A stretch of DNA of 64,000 bases, from the NCBI GenBank assembly GCA_003971905.1, contig RSEE01000003.1:744001-808000 (forward strand). Direction: 5' to 3'. The stretch comes from Moniliella sp. 'wahieum'. Lineage: Eukaryota. The notes under the pieces are model-generated. The model was not told the origin of the DNA. It saw only the letters and a list, made by a program, of their open reading frames with translations, and searched no databases. Position numbers and translations under genes: made by a program. Below are positions 27,181 to 41,549 of this stretch, one piece after another; position 1 is the first letter of the stretch; each line of letters opens with the position of its first letter.

Positions 27181-28565
27181 TTCCTCCTCACCCACCTCCT
27201 CCTCGAGCTCGTGAGAGGGCCCATAAAGGGAAACGGAGATGCTGGCCCATATCGGCATCCTCACCTCTCAATGAAAGGTGCGGAGGTGACAGGGGGGGGT
27301 GTAGGCTAACGATCCGATCAACAGTCAATAAGTTGGGCAAAGGGGAGTGGAAGGGGATATGGGGTCACATCCTCGTTTGGATGGGTCGACTGATTTTTCA
27401 TGGGCTACTAGTCAGATTCATACTCGAGCTAGTGCGCGTTGTCTCATCATGCAAAATGTCGCGAAGCACGATACCCCATCGTTTACGAACCAAATGGCGA
27501 CGTACTATAGTGACGGCAGGCAAATGGCGCGGTTTATAACTGCTACCACAGAAGCACAGATGAACGAGAACCGAGGTAATGAGTTGAGCGAAGAGGTGAC
27601 GGTGGTAAGGAAGAACAGAGTAATGTGCCAACGGTGTCTACTCGTGCCAGTGCGGCTTTTACAATTGGAACAACATGGTAACGGATGTGGAGGCGCTACA
27701 TGTGCCACGCACTCAGGGAGCACGGCCGGATGCAGGCCAAGTCTATAGACCGAGAAACCTCTAACTAGGGCAGCAGCAACGATGCAACATGAGATTGTGT
27801 GCCTACCCTCTGCCTGTGTTCCTCCCCTTGTCCAACTTCATCGTCCTTAGTCACAGTCCATCAGCTCCATATATGATGTTGAGTTCATTATATGTCTCCG
27901 CTGCCAATGTGATCCATTCCCTCGATTAGTACATATTGCCACCGCGCTGCGCCAACCCAACTCCTTCTCGCCTTGTGACCACGGCCGTCGGGGGCGGTGC
28001 TTGACATGCTCCTACCTCCATCCATCTTCGTATCTGATGCGCTGACGCGATCTGGGATAGGATGGACTTGAGTTGTAGTGTTGGGGTAGCTGGGCCACTG
28101 GGTATACCGACCTCCTCGGTATTCATCAGTTGAAGTGGCACCAACAGCGGAGCGAATCGAAGATCAAGGTCATCGCTGAGGATCATCGATCATCTTCGCA
28201 AGTTTGGATGTTCATTCTAGCCTGCATCAGGGGCGGAATGGGTACTCAGTACTCACGTGACAACTTGGGCGGAACCTGGCAAAGTGCTGAGTTCAGCTTC
28301 AATCGGCGTCGTTAACCACAGAGGATGAATGGTAGTGACGTCATTGGTGCCGTGACATGGCTATGGAGAATGCGAGCAACGAGTAACATGAGGCCATGGG
28401 GCCGTGCCTGCGCTCCATAGCACCTACTGCCCCCAGCAGGCCCGATCCAGGTCTGGGCTAAGCGCAAGGCACCGGTAAGCCCGATGCAAGCTCCCGTCTA
28501 CCTCAGCTGGCCAGCCATCATCGTCACCATTCCTATTCCCATCCCCATCCCCATTCCCCACCGCC

Positions 28566-31500
28566 ATGCCGCCGTCGTCTAACGGCGGGGTTGCCCGCGT
28601 TGAACGCCTCCTCGCCAAAGCCCACATTCTCAAGCTCGATGACGCCCAACCCAGCCAGCAGCCCCACCAGCACCACCAACGTCCTCCCTTGCCCGCTCTC
28701 ACTCAGATCAGTCTTCAACTGACAGCATCGAGCTCGCTGTGCGCACCGCGCGGCAGCATGCCGGTCTTCCTCCCGATTCCGAGAGCGAGGACGAGAAGTC
28801 TGAGGATGCTACTCCCGCTGGGGAGCAGCATGTCGTACCTCAACCTGTGCCCGAGGGTGTCGATGGGGCCTCGGTACCAACCAAATCAGGTCTGAAGCCC
28901 AAGATGATCCACAAGCTGCACAGCCCCAATCCCAACAAACACCCTCGTTGGGCTGCGTTTCATGATGCCTTACAGCGTGCTCCGCCTCCGATTCGCTTTG
29001 TTGGAGATACCGTCGGCTTTGTCGGTAACACTGCTCTCACAGTGGGACTGCTCCCGATCGAGCTCATCATCAAAGGGTTTCGTGCCCGTGACATTCCATC
29101 CACCGCGGCTGCAGCGCTGCAAAGCCAGGCAATTGCTTGGGACAAAGTAGATCCATCTTTCCCCCTTGGCTACTCTACCACATTTCTTGGCGTGGACGAA
29201 CTGGACACTGTCCGAGCCCAGCATATTCACCCTGTCATCACAGACAAAGCGCTTCCCAAGACCTTCCCTTACCCACATGGCATCTCAAGGGAGGATCCGG
29301 CTCTGACCAAAATCAAAGAGACGTTTTTCCTTCTGTATGCCGGCACGGTCATTCTGTTTGTCGTGCTTGGGTATAACCTCACTGTTGGTTCGCGCCACCC
29401 GTACTCCTTTGTGGCCCGTTCACTTTCCCTCACGGTCCTGACGGCACTGCTGTGCGTTGTTTTTTCGTTGATCCGCCAACAATTGATCCGTCAACTCCAA
29501 TCGCAACGCTACGCTCTCTTCACTGCGCGGAACGAAACGGTAATCCCTCCTATGCCTGAAAGCGTAGAGTGGATCAACGCTTCAATCCAGGCCCTTTGGA
29601 AGCAGATTGACCCCTCAGTCTTTGTCCCCCTAGCTGATCAAGTGGAGGACGTAATGCAAGCATCTCTCCCCACCTTTATCGATGCCGTCAAAGTGGATGA
29701 CATTGGGATCGGGATCAATCCATTTCAATTGGTCGCTTTGCGCTCGTTGCGGGCCAAAACATCCGAGGACAATGCGGGCGTTCCGACTTCAAAGGAATCT
29801 CCTTCTCCCCACCCCCAAACTCAACCAGACCTCTCATCTGGCCCATCTGACCCATCTGACCCGCAAGCATCGAACGAACTGGTCGGCTCTTTCTACGAAG
29901 GGTCGTCTTCTGCTTCTAAGGATTCCACCCCGACCCAGTCTGGCGCGAAAGAGCTCTCTTCCGTCCCTTCTAGTTTGCTTGACCAGATGAGCGTACCTGC
30001 CGACCAGAATACCAACCCCGATGTGATGGAAGGGCCTGTCAACCGGGAAAACGAGATCGAGCTGGATCGTCCTGTGACAGCGTTGAACAAAACGGATTTG
30101 GCCGACCTCAAGGAGGCCGAGTTTTTGACCAAGCGGGAGCCGATTGTACACAAGATTCGAACGCGTGTGCTGGGCAAAGTGCTTCACGGCTCTGCTGGCA
30201 AGAAGAAAGCCAAGGATGCAGCCGAGGAATCAGGGGAGCAACCAAATTCGGTTGGATCGACGGGTAGGCCCGAATCCAAGGATAAGGGTTTAAACAATGC
30301 CGAGGACCCCATCCTCCTGAATCGGCACAAGAAAGGAGATTAGCATCCTAGATGAGGCGGGTGGATTTGTCCACCTCGAAGCGTCATTTAGTTATTCTGC
30401 TGCCCCGCACTCGCCCCGCGCCGACAACATTCACATGATGATCCAATTCTTTATCGGCGCTATGGACATGTTCCAAGTGCCGTTCCCTGTGTGGGTACAG
30501 ATCGAGAAACTAAGTGGAACGATCCGTCTACGAGCGCAGTTGGTCAGCGAACCTCCCTACTTGCGCAACTTGACGTTTACCTTGATGGGTGTACCACGGA
30601 TCGAAGTCAGTGTGGTACCCATGATTCAGAATCTGGGCAACATTCTTGACATTCCCTTCATCTCATCTTTTGTTCAATCTTCGATTGCGGCAGCGGCCAA
30701 TGCCTATGTTGCGCCGCAGAGCATGACTCTCAACCTCGCCGACATTCTTTCGGGAGATGGGATCAAAAGGATACGGATACACTCGGCATTCTTGCTGTGC
30801 ACATCGACTACGCTCGTAACTTGAGCAGCCAAGATCCCAATGGTTTTAGCGATCCTTACATTCTCGTGATGCTCGCCAAGTTTGGTCGGCCCTTGTACCA
30901 TACCCGCATTGTCCGTCGTGATTTGAACCCGGTCTGGAACGAGTACGCCTTTATTCTTATCACTGCCAACGATGTGAAGAACGATGAACAGCTCTCCATC
31001 CAGTTGTGGGACTGGGACCGGCACAGCGCCGACGACATTATTGGTCGTGTGACCCGCTCGGTGCGGCAGCTGATGCGCCGACCTAACAAATGGCATCGCT
31101 ACACAGACGGTCTGCGAGGATTCGACGAGGGGACCGAGATGCAAGGTGAGCTCACCTACGAGGTGGGGTTCTTTGAAAAGGCCCCTCTCGGAGCCCCTGT
31201 TGTCGCTGTACCGGCCAAGGAAGCCGCCATGGCGAAAAATTCTGCCAATTCGGTGGAGGAGATGGAAGGTAGCGGCCCAGTTGCGTGACCAAGAAAAGGC
31301 CGAGTTGCAGAATCGCCGCTTGATGGCATCTCGGGTCCAGATTGTCCCAACCGACTCGGAAGAGTAAAGCGGGAGAAACTGTCCCTGCAAAAGAGTCGGG
31401 ATGAACGGGCAAAGCGAGAAGCGCTTGCGCTCCAAGCGAGTGAGACGATGCATCGTCCTCCGAACCCAGACTACCCCACAGGCGTCCTCTCTGTTCTGGT

Positions 31501-33140
31501 CGAGTCGATTGCGGGACTGGAGAACCGAGACGTGGAACGGGGGTACATGGGTCGGGCCCGTGAAGGTGGGGCAGGTCAGGATATTGACAATGAGCAAGCT
31601 AGTCATCGAATCCCTTCTGCCTACGTTGAAGTTTTGCTCAACGAGGAGGTATGGTATCGTACGCGCGTCAAGCAGTACACCAATGAGCCCTTTACAACGC
31701 TGGGGTTGAGCTCATGGTACGCGACTGGCGGAGCGCCAACGTGACCATATGTGTACGAGATGCACGCCTTCGTGAGCATGACCCATTATGGGCATTGTGT
31801 CGTATGTATCCGCCATCCCTTTTTTGCTCCCATGTCCAGTCATATCCATGATAGCTAACCCACTCTGCGCTAGACTTGACTTGCCCGACCTCTTCACCAC
31901 CAGCTCCCAAGTATCGCGCAAGTTCAGCTTGTCCGATGGGGTGGCTTTTGGCAAGGTACAGCTCTCGTTCCTGTTCCGCTCCATGTGCATCAACCTTCCC
32001 CGCGCGAACTGCGTGGGGCCGAAGTTGCCTCCCTCGAGGTTTTTGGACCCATCACGTTCTCTTCCCTCCCAGTAAAGAAGTGTTGGAGCTGGGTGGCTCA
32101 GCGCCCCTCAGTCAAGCGGAGGGAGGCAGTTATGAAGAGTGGCACACCAAGCTCAATTCAGCCAAACTAATGATCACTGTTGGGCAGCTTACCCACTTCT
32201 TTGACGTTAGCCAGTACAACCCCAGTGATGGTGGCTCGAACATTGTCACACGTTATGCTCAGGGCATGACGGGTGCCTGGTCTAACTACATGAACCGCCA
32301 ACAAGATGCCAATGAGGATGCGGAGGGGCCCAAAATTACACCTGCCTCCCTTCCTAACGAGGACACAGTACCTACCGAAAGGACAGATGGTCCGTCTGCT
32401 CCGCACCACAGCTTCTCCTGGTCCCCCAACGAAAACAACAAGCCCAGCCCAAGCGAGACCAACCCCATATCACTCAAGACAATCCCTCTTTTTGACCGTT
32501 ACATGACCAACGCCATCTTTGGACTCAACCCTCACCTCGGCATTGCCACGCTCTCTCCTGGGAGACAGTGTGATGCGTACGCGGCCCAGTGGCTTGGAGA
32601 CATTCCCGATTGTCTGCCCGAAGGGATGAAGGGTGGTGTCGTGGGTGGTTCACTGGACGAGGATCTATCCAAATCGCCGATCACTTGGGTTACGATCCCC
32701 ATCTTTGCCGGTCCCGGTGCCGAAGTGGCAGCGGGGAACTTTATTAGCCCCGAAGCAGCTTTGACCCACCAGTATGGGATAGTGGGGGAGATGCGGGTTG
32801 GATTGCGGGTCCGTCCTGGGTTTGGGCTGGCGCACGCAAAATTGGTGGATGGCCGGACGATGAACCATGAGTGGGAGACGTTCAAGCGGTTGCGCGGGAT
32901 GCCGCAGCAGGCCGAGATCAACTCGCACGCTGCCGACGACGGCGTGATTGATCGCCATGAGCGCCGGGCGATCCATCAGGCCAGAGGGAAGCGCTTCATG
33001 CGCGGCACCGTGGTTCGTATGGCTACGGGGCGGTGCGCACGGCTGTCTGGGCGAAAGACTCGCTCCACAACCGCATGCGAGAAGTACGACATACCCTAAC
33101 GGGCCATGGGGGGCGACAGCAGTCGGTCATGTCGGAGGTG
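28566..33140 (+). CDS. Mug190/tricalbin-like membrane protein with SMP-like and C2 domains (frameshifts, small intron)
   Basis: Two TM helices, then PESVEWINASIQALWKQIDPSVF..LADQVEDVMQASLP; SEPPYLRNLTFTLMGVP; C2 domain DPNGFSDPY...LNPVWNE...LWDWDRHSADD; RTRVKQYTNEPF; C-terminal HARHRG. Confidence 0.85.
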
Positions 33141-33444
33141 TAGTTGCCTCAGAATATATATGCTTGCCAGTGCTATCTGTTGTGCTGTATACGAGACCGT
33201 TTATACTGGCGGCATGGTTGGGCCATAGGAAGAAGGGCGATGTATTGTAGTGCGCAGGATGGCACTTATAATGGCTGAGTGTTTCAATGTTGCGTGTCAA
33301 TCATCCATCATCGGCATCATTAATCAATTAATCATTTTTCAGGCTGCGCGTGACGATGGGAGCGTGGAGGGCCAAGACCTGGCATGCTGGCGAACCAAGT
33401 CGCCAAACTACCGCATCATCACTACCACCCCCGCCTCCCCTCCC

Positions 33445-34467
<1,023 letters not shown>

Positions 34468-34483
34468 ATCCATCAATCTTGTG

Positions 34484-35400
34484 TTACATGAAGGAATCGT
34501 CGCTCCTCTCCACTTGCCGATTCGTCCTCGTTCTGCTCCTTCTTTGAAGCGCTTTTAGCTTTTGCCTCCGTTGTTGCTCTTCTTATGCGCGCCATAGCCT
34601 CAGGCGAGAGAACACTACAATCGAAGCAGGGAAGAGGCAAGATGCCGTGCATGTCAGATATCTGTACCGAGGGAGGGAGGAGGGTGGGACACATTCGCAT
34701 CTGTACCCAGAGAAATACATACGTTTGCTGTAGTCGCGAGCCTCCTTGTCGGCCTGGTATGCACGCCGGGCGGCCAATCCTCGTTTTCTAGAGCCAATTA
34801 GATTAGTACAATGTGATACAGTGGGGTCCCACATACACTCTTTACTGATGCCTCTTTCTTGATGCGCCCGGCCTTGCGGAGACGCTCTTGGCGCACCGCC
34901 TCATGATCCACCTCCTCCACCGTTTGGTCTTGTTGAGTCGGTTAACAATCGCATTTTCACGTTCGGGAATGTTAATGCGGCGAACCCGACGATCGTTGTG
35001 AAACGAGACGGCGCCAATAGCCATATCGCCTTGTTTCTTCACATTGGACCAAGGGGTGTAGATGATAGCCACATTCTCCTTGTTGCCCTGGATCGAATTG
35101 GCCTTGGTCAACTGTGCTGCATCCTGCACCAAGGCAGGCGGTATGGTATCCCATCCGTACGAACCGTCATCTGGCAAACGCAGGTACACGTGGGCCGAGG
35201 AGAGCTTGTCGACATGGAACCAGACGTCCTGTTCGTCGCCGTACTTGAGCAGCGTCTCATTCTCAAAACTTGTCCTTGCCCATAAAGAGCGTTGCAGGGG
35301 GCGACACAGCTAGGGAGTGAAGGTGTGAGGAAGAGGGCGAGGGGGCGCGGCTGACCCGGCGGGGGCAGGACGTACCCGTCGAGGTGAAGAAGACGACCAT
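34484..35400 (-). CDS. CCDC25/Jlp2-like NFACT-R domain protein (introns)
   Basis: MVVFFTS, intron, FMGKDKFENE..LKYG..QDVWFHVDKLSSAHVYLRL, AQLTKANSIQGNK, IIYTPWSN, NAIVNRLNKTK, ending DDSFM*. Confidence 0.9.
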
Positions 35401-35751
35401 GGCGAAAGAAGTGGAGGCGGGGGGGTTAGATTGATTCCAGGCCGTGGGAGAGGCAGAGGGACCAATCCATCTGGTTTCAAATTGCAGGAGCTGGAGCACA
35501 CGGTGCAAGTAAGCCCTCGCCCTACATTCCGCCCCGATCCACTGCAATTAAACGGCAACCGGTAACTTGGGAACCCTAGACCGCTGGCGGCAAGCCCGCG
35601 TCGGCTGGAAACCCGACTCGAGATCGCAATCGGAGAGAGCTTGTGCTGTAGGCGCAACTTGAACAGCGCGCTGACCGTTGGTGGTGGCGTCAAGACCCAT
35701 CAGATCGATCACCAGAGCCGTCAGCAGCACCAATCCCTCTGCACACCCACA

Positions 35752-37193
35752 ATGGCCGATGCCGATCCCTATCCGGACGCATTTACCGGTACAGCCATGA
35801 GATCTCCCAGATGGTGCGTGTCCGTGCCCCACTCTGCCTCGCTACGATGCTGACCATGCTGCTCAGGTCTTCGTCTTCACCGGCATGTCCGACGTCGCTG
35901 AGGACGTGTGTTGGGTCATCGAGGACATTGTTCGTGCCCAGTGTGTGGAGCTCGTACGTCCCTCCCCCTCCCTTCATCCCAATAGCAAGCCGACTGACCG
36001 ATAGCATCCAGCTTGTTCAAGCCCGCCGCCTCGCCGGCCGGCGCCAAGGCAAAGCCCTTTCCCCGAGGACGTGATTTTCCTCATTCGCCACGATCGTGCC
36101 AAGGTGAATCGTTTACGAACCTACCTAAGCTGGAAAGATGTGCGGAAAAATGCAAGAGAGAATGGGGCGGACGCAGCGGGGGGAGGTGCTGGTGGGGGAG
36201 AGATCGATGCACTTCCCGAAACCGAAGGAGCCGGTCCGGCCGACCTTGCTGCCCGCCCGCTGGAAAGGGCAAGATGCGTATGCCGTGGGAAGTAACCACA
36301 TTGTACACGGAAAATCTCCGTGCGCTTGCAGCCATGCCGACCAACATGGCTTCTTCTTCGGTGGCTGCGATTGCCCAGGCGGCTCAAGCGTCCGCGATCG
36401 CCGCGGAAGATGAGGAGGACGACGAAGAGGACATTGAAGCCCAACTAGCTAGTCAGCAGCGGCTCAAGGTAAGTCCCCTTCGTACGCTTCTTTCCCGCAA
36501 GCCTTGATATCTAACCCATTTACTCCCCCTTTGTAGGAAGCCGACGAGGCGACCAAGCGCATGACGCCCGAGGAATACGTGTATTACTCTGACTGCCGTC
36601 AAGCTTCCTTCACGTACCGCAAAAGTATGTCCCCTATCTCTCCCCCCCCACCACTGCAGTGGATGTGTGTGTGTGGTGCTCATCGTGCTTGATGTGACGC
36701 AACCGGAACCAGACAAACGTTTCCGCGAGTTTATCGATGCCGGCTCGTACATTGACGTCAAGCCCAACGACGACATCATTGACATTCTCGGTTTCCTGGC
36801 ATGTGAATTGGTACGAGAACTATGTTTGCAAGCACTCGCGATGCGCGATGCCGAAGAAGAAGAACAAAAGAACCCTCCTGCAGCCCCCGTGGGGCGAAAT
36901 ACGTCGGGGGGACCAAGCGAGCCTCGGAGGAAGATGAAGACCCGAGCCGCAAACGCGCCCGTAACCAATCGCCTAGCCAGGACGGTGGGGCTGAGCCTTC
37001 TCAAGACCAAGACCCTCTCGACCCGTCAGGTACATTGTGTTCTCTTTTTTCGCTCCCACCCAGTCGCGAGGCGCCCCTGACTGCCGACGTTACAAGCTGC
37101 CTTTTCCAGGGCGCAACGGATCGGTACCCCGCTCTTGAGGGGGGCCGAGACGGCAAGCAGGGATTGAGCCGAACTCGACTGTTTGTCATCTAA
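35752..37193 (+). CDS. SPT3: SAGA complex subunit Spt3 (several introns)
   Basis: [84 protein letters not shown]. Confidence 0.95.
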
Positions 37194-37899
37194 CGACCAA
37201 AGCGCGCTCCGGGGGAGGGGGGAGGGCAGGGTAGGAGGCCGTCGATTCAGTGTAATCAGTACCAGTGACAAGTGAGAGTAGTGCCCTATTTGCTTCTCGG
37301 GTTCGCCTTTTCTTTTGACTGTGTTGTTTGCGTGTGGCCTGGTGAGCAATGATGCATTATGCCAACGTTCAACTTTGGAAGAGCTCAAAGTGGACTGCAC
37401 TTTACCGGGATTGCCTGGGCGAAAGCGAAAGGCCAAATCAACATAGGGAGAGAGAGGGAAAGCGGAGCTCGATAGCTCATCACGTTCCATGAGAAAGCTG
37501 CGTGACATGCCGTGAGGTACACTGTGAGGCACATGGCTCCATGTGGGACGGCAGTTTAGTAGACCAACCCAGCTGTGCCTCTCTCGCCCAGCGAGAAAGC
37601 AAGTGGGGGAAAACAAGGGAGAGAAACCGGGGGGGGAGAAGAGGTAGGAGAACAAAGTAGGATAAAGCAAACGGGATAGAGCAAGAGCGGGAGAGAGAAA
37701 GCGGGAGAGAGAAAGAACCCCAATCGGGGGCGGGAGGAGGGAGCGAGGAAAGAAAAGGCTTAGGTCCTAGAGAACACAACACTGGCTCACCCCAACGCGT
37801 CCAGGGGAGGTACGAGGGGATCGGTCGGAGGGAAATAGGTAGGAGGGGATGGGATGAAGGAAAGGAAAGGGTGAAGAGGGGGGCTTTCAAGATGTCTGA

Positions 37900-40092
37900 T
37901 CAAGATATTTGCGCGAGCCCACTGCAGTCCCGAGGGTCGAATCGCTGGGTTCGTGCTTGCGTCTCTAGCCTAATCCAACTTTTCCCCCGGTGGCTCCGGT
38001 TGGGAGGCTGGTGTTTAGTGCGCCAAGAGGGGTAGACCTCTGCCGTCCCTGACCTGGGCCAAGGGGCCAAGGGGGTCAAGGGGGCCAAGGGGGGCAAGGG
38101 AGCCAAGGGAGCCGAGGGGACCGAGGGGAGAGCACGAGAGAAAGGTAGAGGCGGGGGGTGAGAAGCATGAGGGGCGACCAAAGGGAGAGAAGAGTTTGGT
38201 GGGGACCAAGGAGATGAAGCTGGTCAAGTGGCTGTGTTGATGCACGTGACGGGGACCCAGGAGGGGGGCGGTAGGGGGCTGGGAGGGAGGGGGCACCCAA
38301 GTGGTGTGGGGACCAGAGCGGTTTGGGAGGGAAGGGGGGAGGGAAGTGTCGGAAGCATGGGAAGGAGGCTCGTAGGGACCATACGGTGAGCCAGAGGACG
38401 GGCCGAAAGCCGGAGCAAGCACTGAGGGGCGATAAACACGGGGTCGGGGGGACATGCCTGAGGCAGGGACCAGTGTGTTGGGCGGAGCATAGGTCAAACC
38501 AGAGGGGTACGCGTCCATCCCCGCACTCGTGAGGACGGGAAGCAAGAGACAAACTGGCACCGCTAGAGATTGCATGGGATGCGGTAGAGGGGCAAGATAG
38601 GCCTCGCTGGTCTGGGACGAGAGGGGGTGGGTGGGCGGCGGAGGAACAGGGAAAGCATGTTCCGGACCAGGGAAGAGAGGGTACCATGAGACTGTGGGGC
38701 CAGGGTAGGAGTCGATGTGGGGAGAGGCAAAGGGAGGTGAACGAGGGGCAAAAGCGGGTCTGCGCTCCTCGAGAACGAGGCCGGGATGTGGCCCACGTCG
38801 GGCTCGCTCACGTACGTCAGAGTGCCATCGTCAGCACGGCGTGTGTTGTGGCGGCACTCGAAATTTGGACAGGGGCTGCAGCAGATCCGGGGACAGTGGC
38901 AGCGTACGAAGCGACGTCTCGGAAGGCACCGGAGACGATTGGCCCAAACACTCCATTGTGTAGTACGAAACGAGATGACAGGTCCCTTGAGCCGTTTCGA
39001 TAGAGATGGTCTGCCAAAGCGGTACGTGGAAGTAGGTCTGGGTGGGGTTCCGGAGCGCACATGTGCTCACTATGTACATGATATGGAGAAGGAGAACAGC
39101 GTACCTTTTTGCACAGCCCCTGTTCCACAAAAGGAGAAGCGGCCGTGACATAGGCCATGGCCCGGGACGTTGGTTCCGTCGTCGCGGGGCCGATGAAGCG
39201 CGGGTCAGGCGTGGAGTGAGGCGGTCAAGACTTGAATCGAGGCTCCTGTTCGCTCGCGCCACGGGCCATCTTGTTCCATCACCAGGAGTTATAGGAATGG
39301 GGTGCATCGTCTTCTGTTGTGTCTCTTCGCAACGTACCTCGGTGGGGGGAGAGAGGGGCGCAGGCCGCTTTGGGGGGCCAGGACACTTGGATGGGCCCGT
39401 ACAGGTGTGCTAGGATCTGGACGGGCCATGGTGTAGGTCGACCGTCTTCTTGTCAGTCGATTCGCTCGGGACCAGGAGGGTTCGGACCTCCCAGGAGGCA
39501 GATACGAAGTAGGCGGAGCAGAAGGTTCAGGAAGACGACAACGAGGGGTGAGAAGGTCTGCGTTCAATCTGGCGGTACACTGGAACGAAGGAGGGGAGGG
39601 GGGGGGTTAGCTTGTGTCAAAGTATAGAAACGTGGGCCTTGAACCTTGGTCCCAGGAGGATCTGAGGGAATTCGACACACGAGAAAGTCTGGAGGATCGA
39701 CTCGGGCTCCAGAGCAGGCCATCGGTCCACCGCTTGATGCCTGTCTGATGCTCATTAAAGATGAATAACCTGTCCGGATCGGATAAGCGAGCGACGCTCA
39801 TCGTCCCGCAAACGTCGCTGGATGAGGGGCACAAGTCTCGACGCGCTGCTTCGAGCAACAAGAGCGCATCCAAGGTCGTTGACACATAACCTTCCCATGC
39901 GCTGCGAACCATGGAGGCCCTATGAGGGTTGGGTCCTGGCGGGGCCGACAAAGGAGGAGGTTGCAACGGCGCGGGAACGGCACCGGGCCCGGCCGTGAGC
40001 GGGGCGGGCAGAAGAGGCAGCGCAGGACGCAGTGCAGGGGTCGTGTGGGAAGGAAGAGGCGTTAGATCATGAGTGTTGCCATCATCCGACAT
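37900..40092 (-). CDS. Gti1/Pac2 (WOPR) family transcription factor; ends approximate
   Basis: WEGYVSTTLDALLLLEAARR and FIFNEHQTGIKRWTDGLLWSPSR (WOPRa); TISI....HLVSYY at about 38960-39015 (WOPRb); Pro-rich tail with 9-bp ccaaggggg repeats at about 38058-38128. Confidence 0.92.
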
Positions 40093-41384
40093 GCGGCGGT
40101 CAAGGCGACTTGGAGGTTGGGACATGGAGAGAAAAGGAGCAAACGGAAAAGGGAGGAGGGGCGATGTCTTTCGTACGGCAGGACGAACCCTGTGATCAAT
40201 GGTTGTGGTCGTCTCAGGGGGTTGTCTGCCGGTTGGTCAGTCGTGCCGCAGGCGCGGGGGGCTCGTCTAGGATAGGTAGTCGGGAGAATAGAAAGACGGG
40301 CCGATGAAAGACGGGGCCGACGAGCAGAACTTAGCGCCGACGGGTGGGAAGCGAAGCAAGGCGGGAGGCGGGACGGGAGTGGTGTGAGAGGCAAGCTGGT
40401 GCCAGCAGGTTCATGTCGTCTCGTCCAGATGGCTGAGAAGAAGAGTGGGCCGCAACGCCAACAAAGGTCACAGCAATAAAGATTGCGCAAGGCAAAAGGG
40501 AAGGCGAGGGTGGGCTGTGCGCGGCGGAGGTGTGATGGGGTATGTGGAAATGGTGGCACGCGTGGTGGAAGTCAAACCCACAGTGTCGCGTAATACTGGG
40601 TGTGGGGGGCAGAAATAAAGCTCGCCAAAAAGAGCCCCAGTTGGCTTTAGCCTCTATGCGGCGGAGAGTATGTGAGGGGCGGGAGGTGCGAGGAGAGGGG
40701 CCGGAATGCGCAGACCACGTGCGAAGTGATGATGTGGTCGGAAAAGAATAGCGACTGGGAACACTCGTGAGCGTGAGCACAGCCAAAAGTAGGCCTTGGA
40801 GTTTGGTGATGGCTCTGCCTGAGCAGTAAGCACGAGAGGGGGGGGGGAACTGCGATGATGTGGCAGTGAAGAGGAAGGCGGAGCGGGGGTAGGCGGGGCG
40901 GCTCAAAGAGCGGTGGGGAACGGAGGATGCGGGAACGACAATAAGTGGAGAGGGGCAACAGACCAAACACGGCACTGGCACAAAAACTCAAATCACAAGG
41001 GCAAGGGCAAGCCACAGGAGGTGATGGGATTTGGGTCTGGGAGGAGGTCCGCTTGGAGGAGGAAGTCTATCGGCCGATGGACTAGGCACAAGTAGAAGAA
41101 AGGAACAGTAAAGCCTGTGAGACTTGAGATCAAGCATCGATATACTATGCCTATCAGTGGGTGGATGCGGACAAGCGTGCCAGGAGATGGGGGGTACATG
41201 TTTTGGGGGGCATTAGGCCAGGTATGACACACATGGCATCGGCTGCGGCCAGGCTCGAATAGGATGGAAGCGAAACAAACTACAGCAAGGCGAAGCACTG
41301 CGAAGCAAAAAGCAAAAGCATCAGCAACAGCAAAGCCAAAGCCCAAGCACAAAGCAAATCAGTAAAGTAACCCAAAGCACCTAG

Positions 41385-41413
41385 CAATGCAATGCAATGC
41401 AATGCAAAGCAAT
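41385..41413. repeat. (GCAAT)n pentamer microsatellite
   Basis: gcaatgcaatgcaatgcaatgcaa. Confidence 0.85.
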
Positions 41414-41549
41414 AGGGGAGGCGATGCTGGGCAGTGGGCTGGACGTAGGATTGAAAGCGTCGCGCTGGCACCACGGCGCTGGGGCAGAGTGTAAACAGTG
41501 TGTATGGATGACAGCCAACGCGTCAAGTTTATTGAAGGGAGGCACAAGC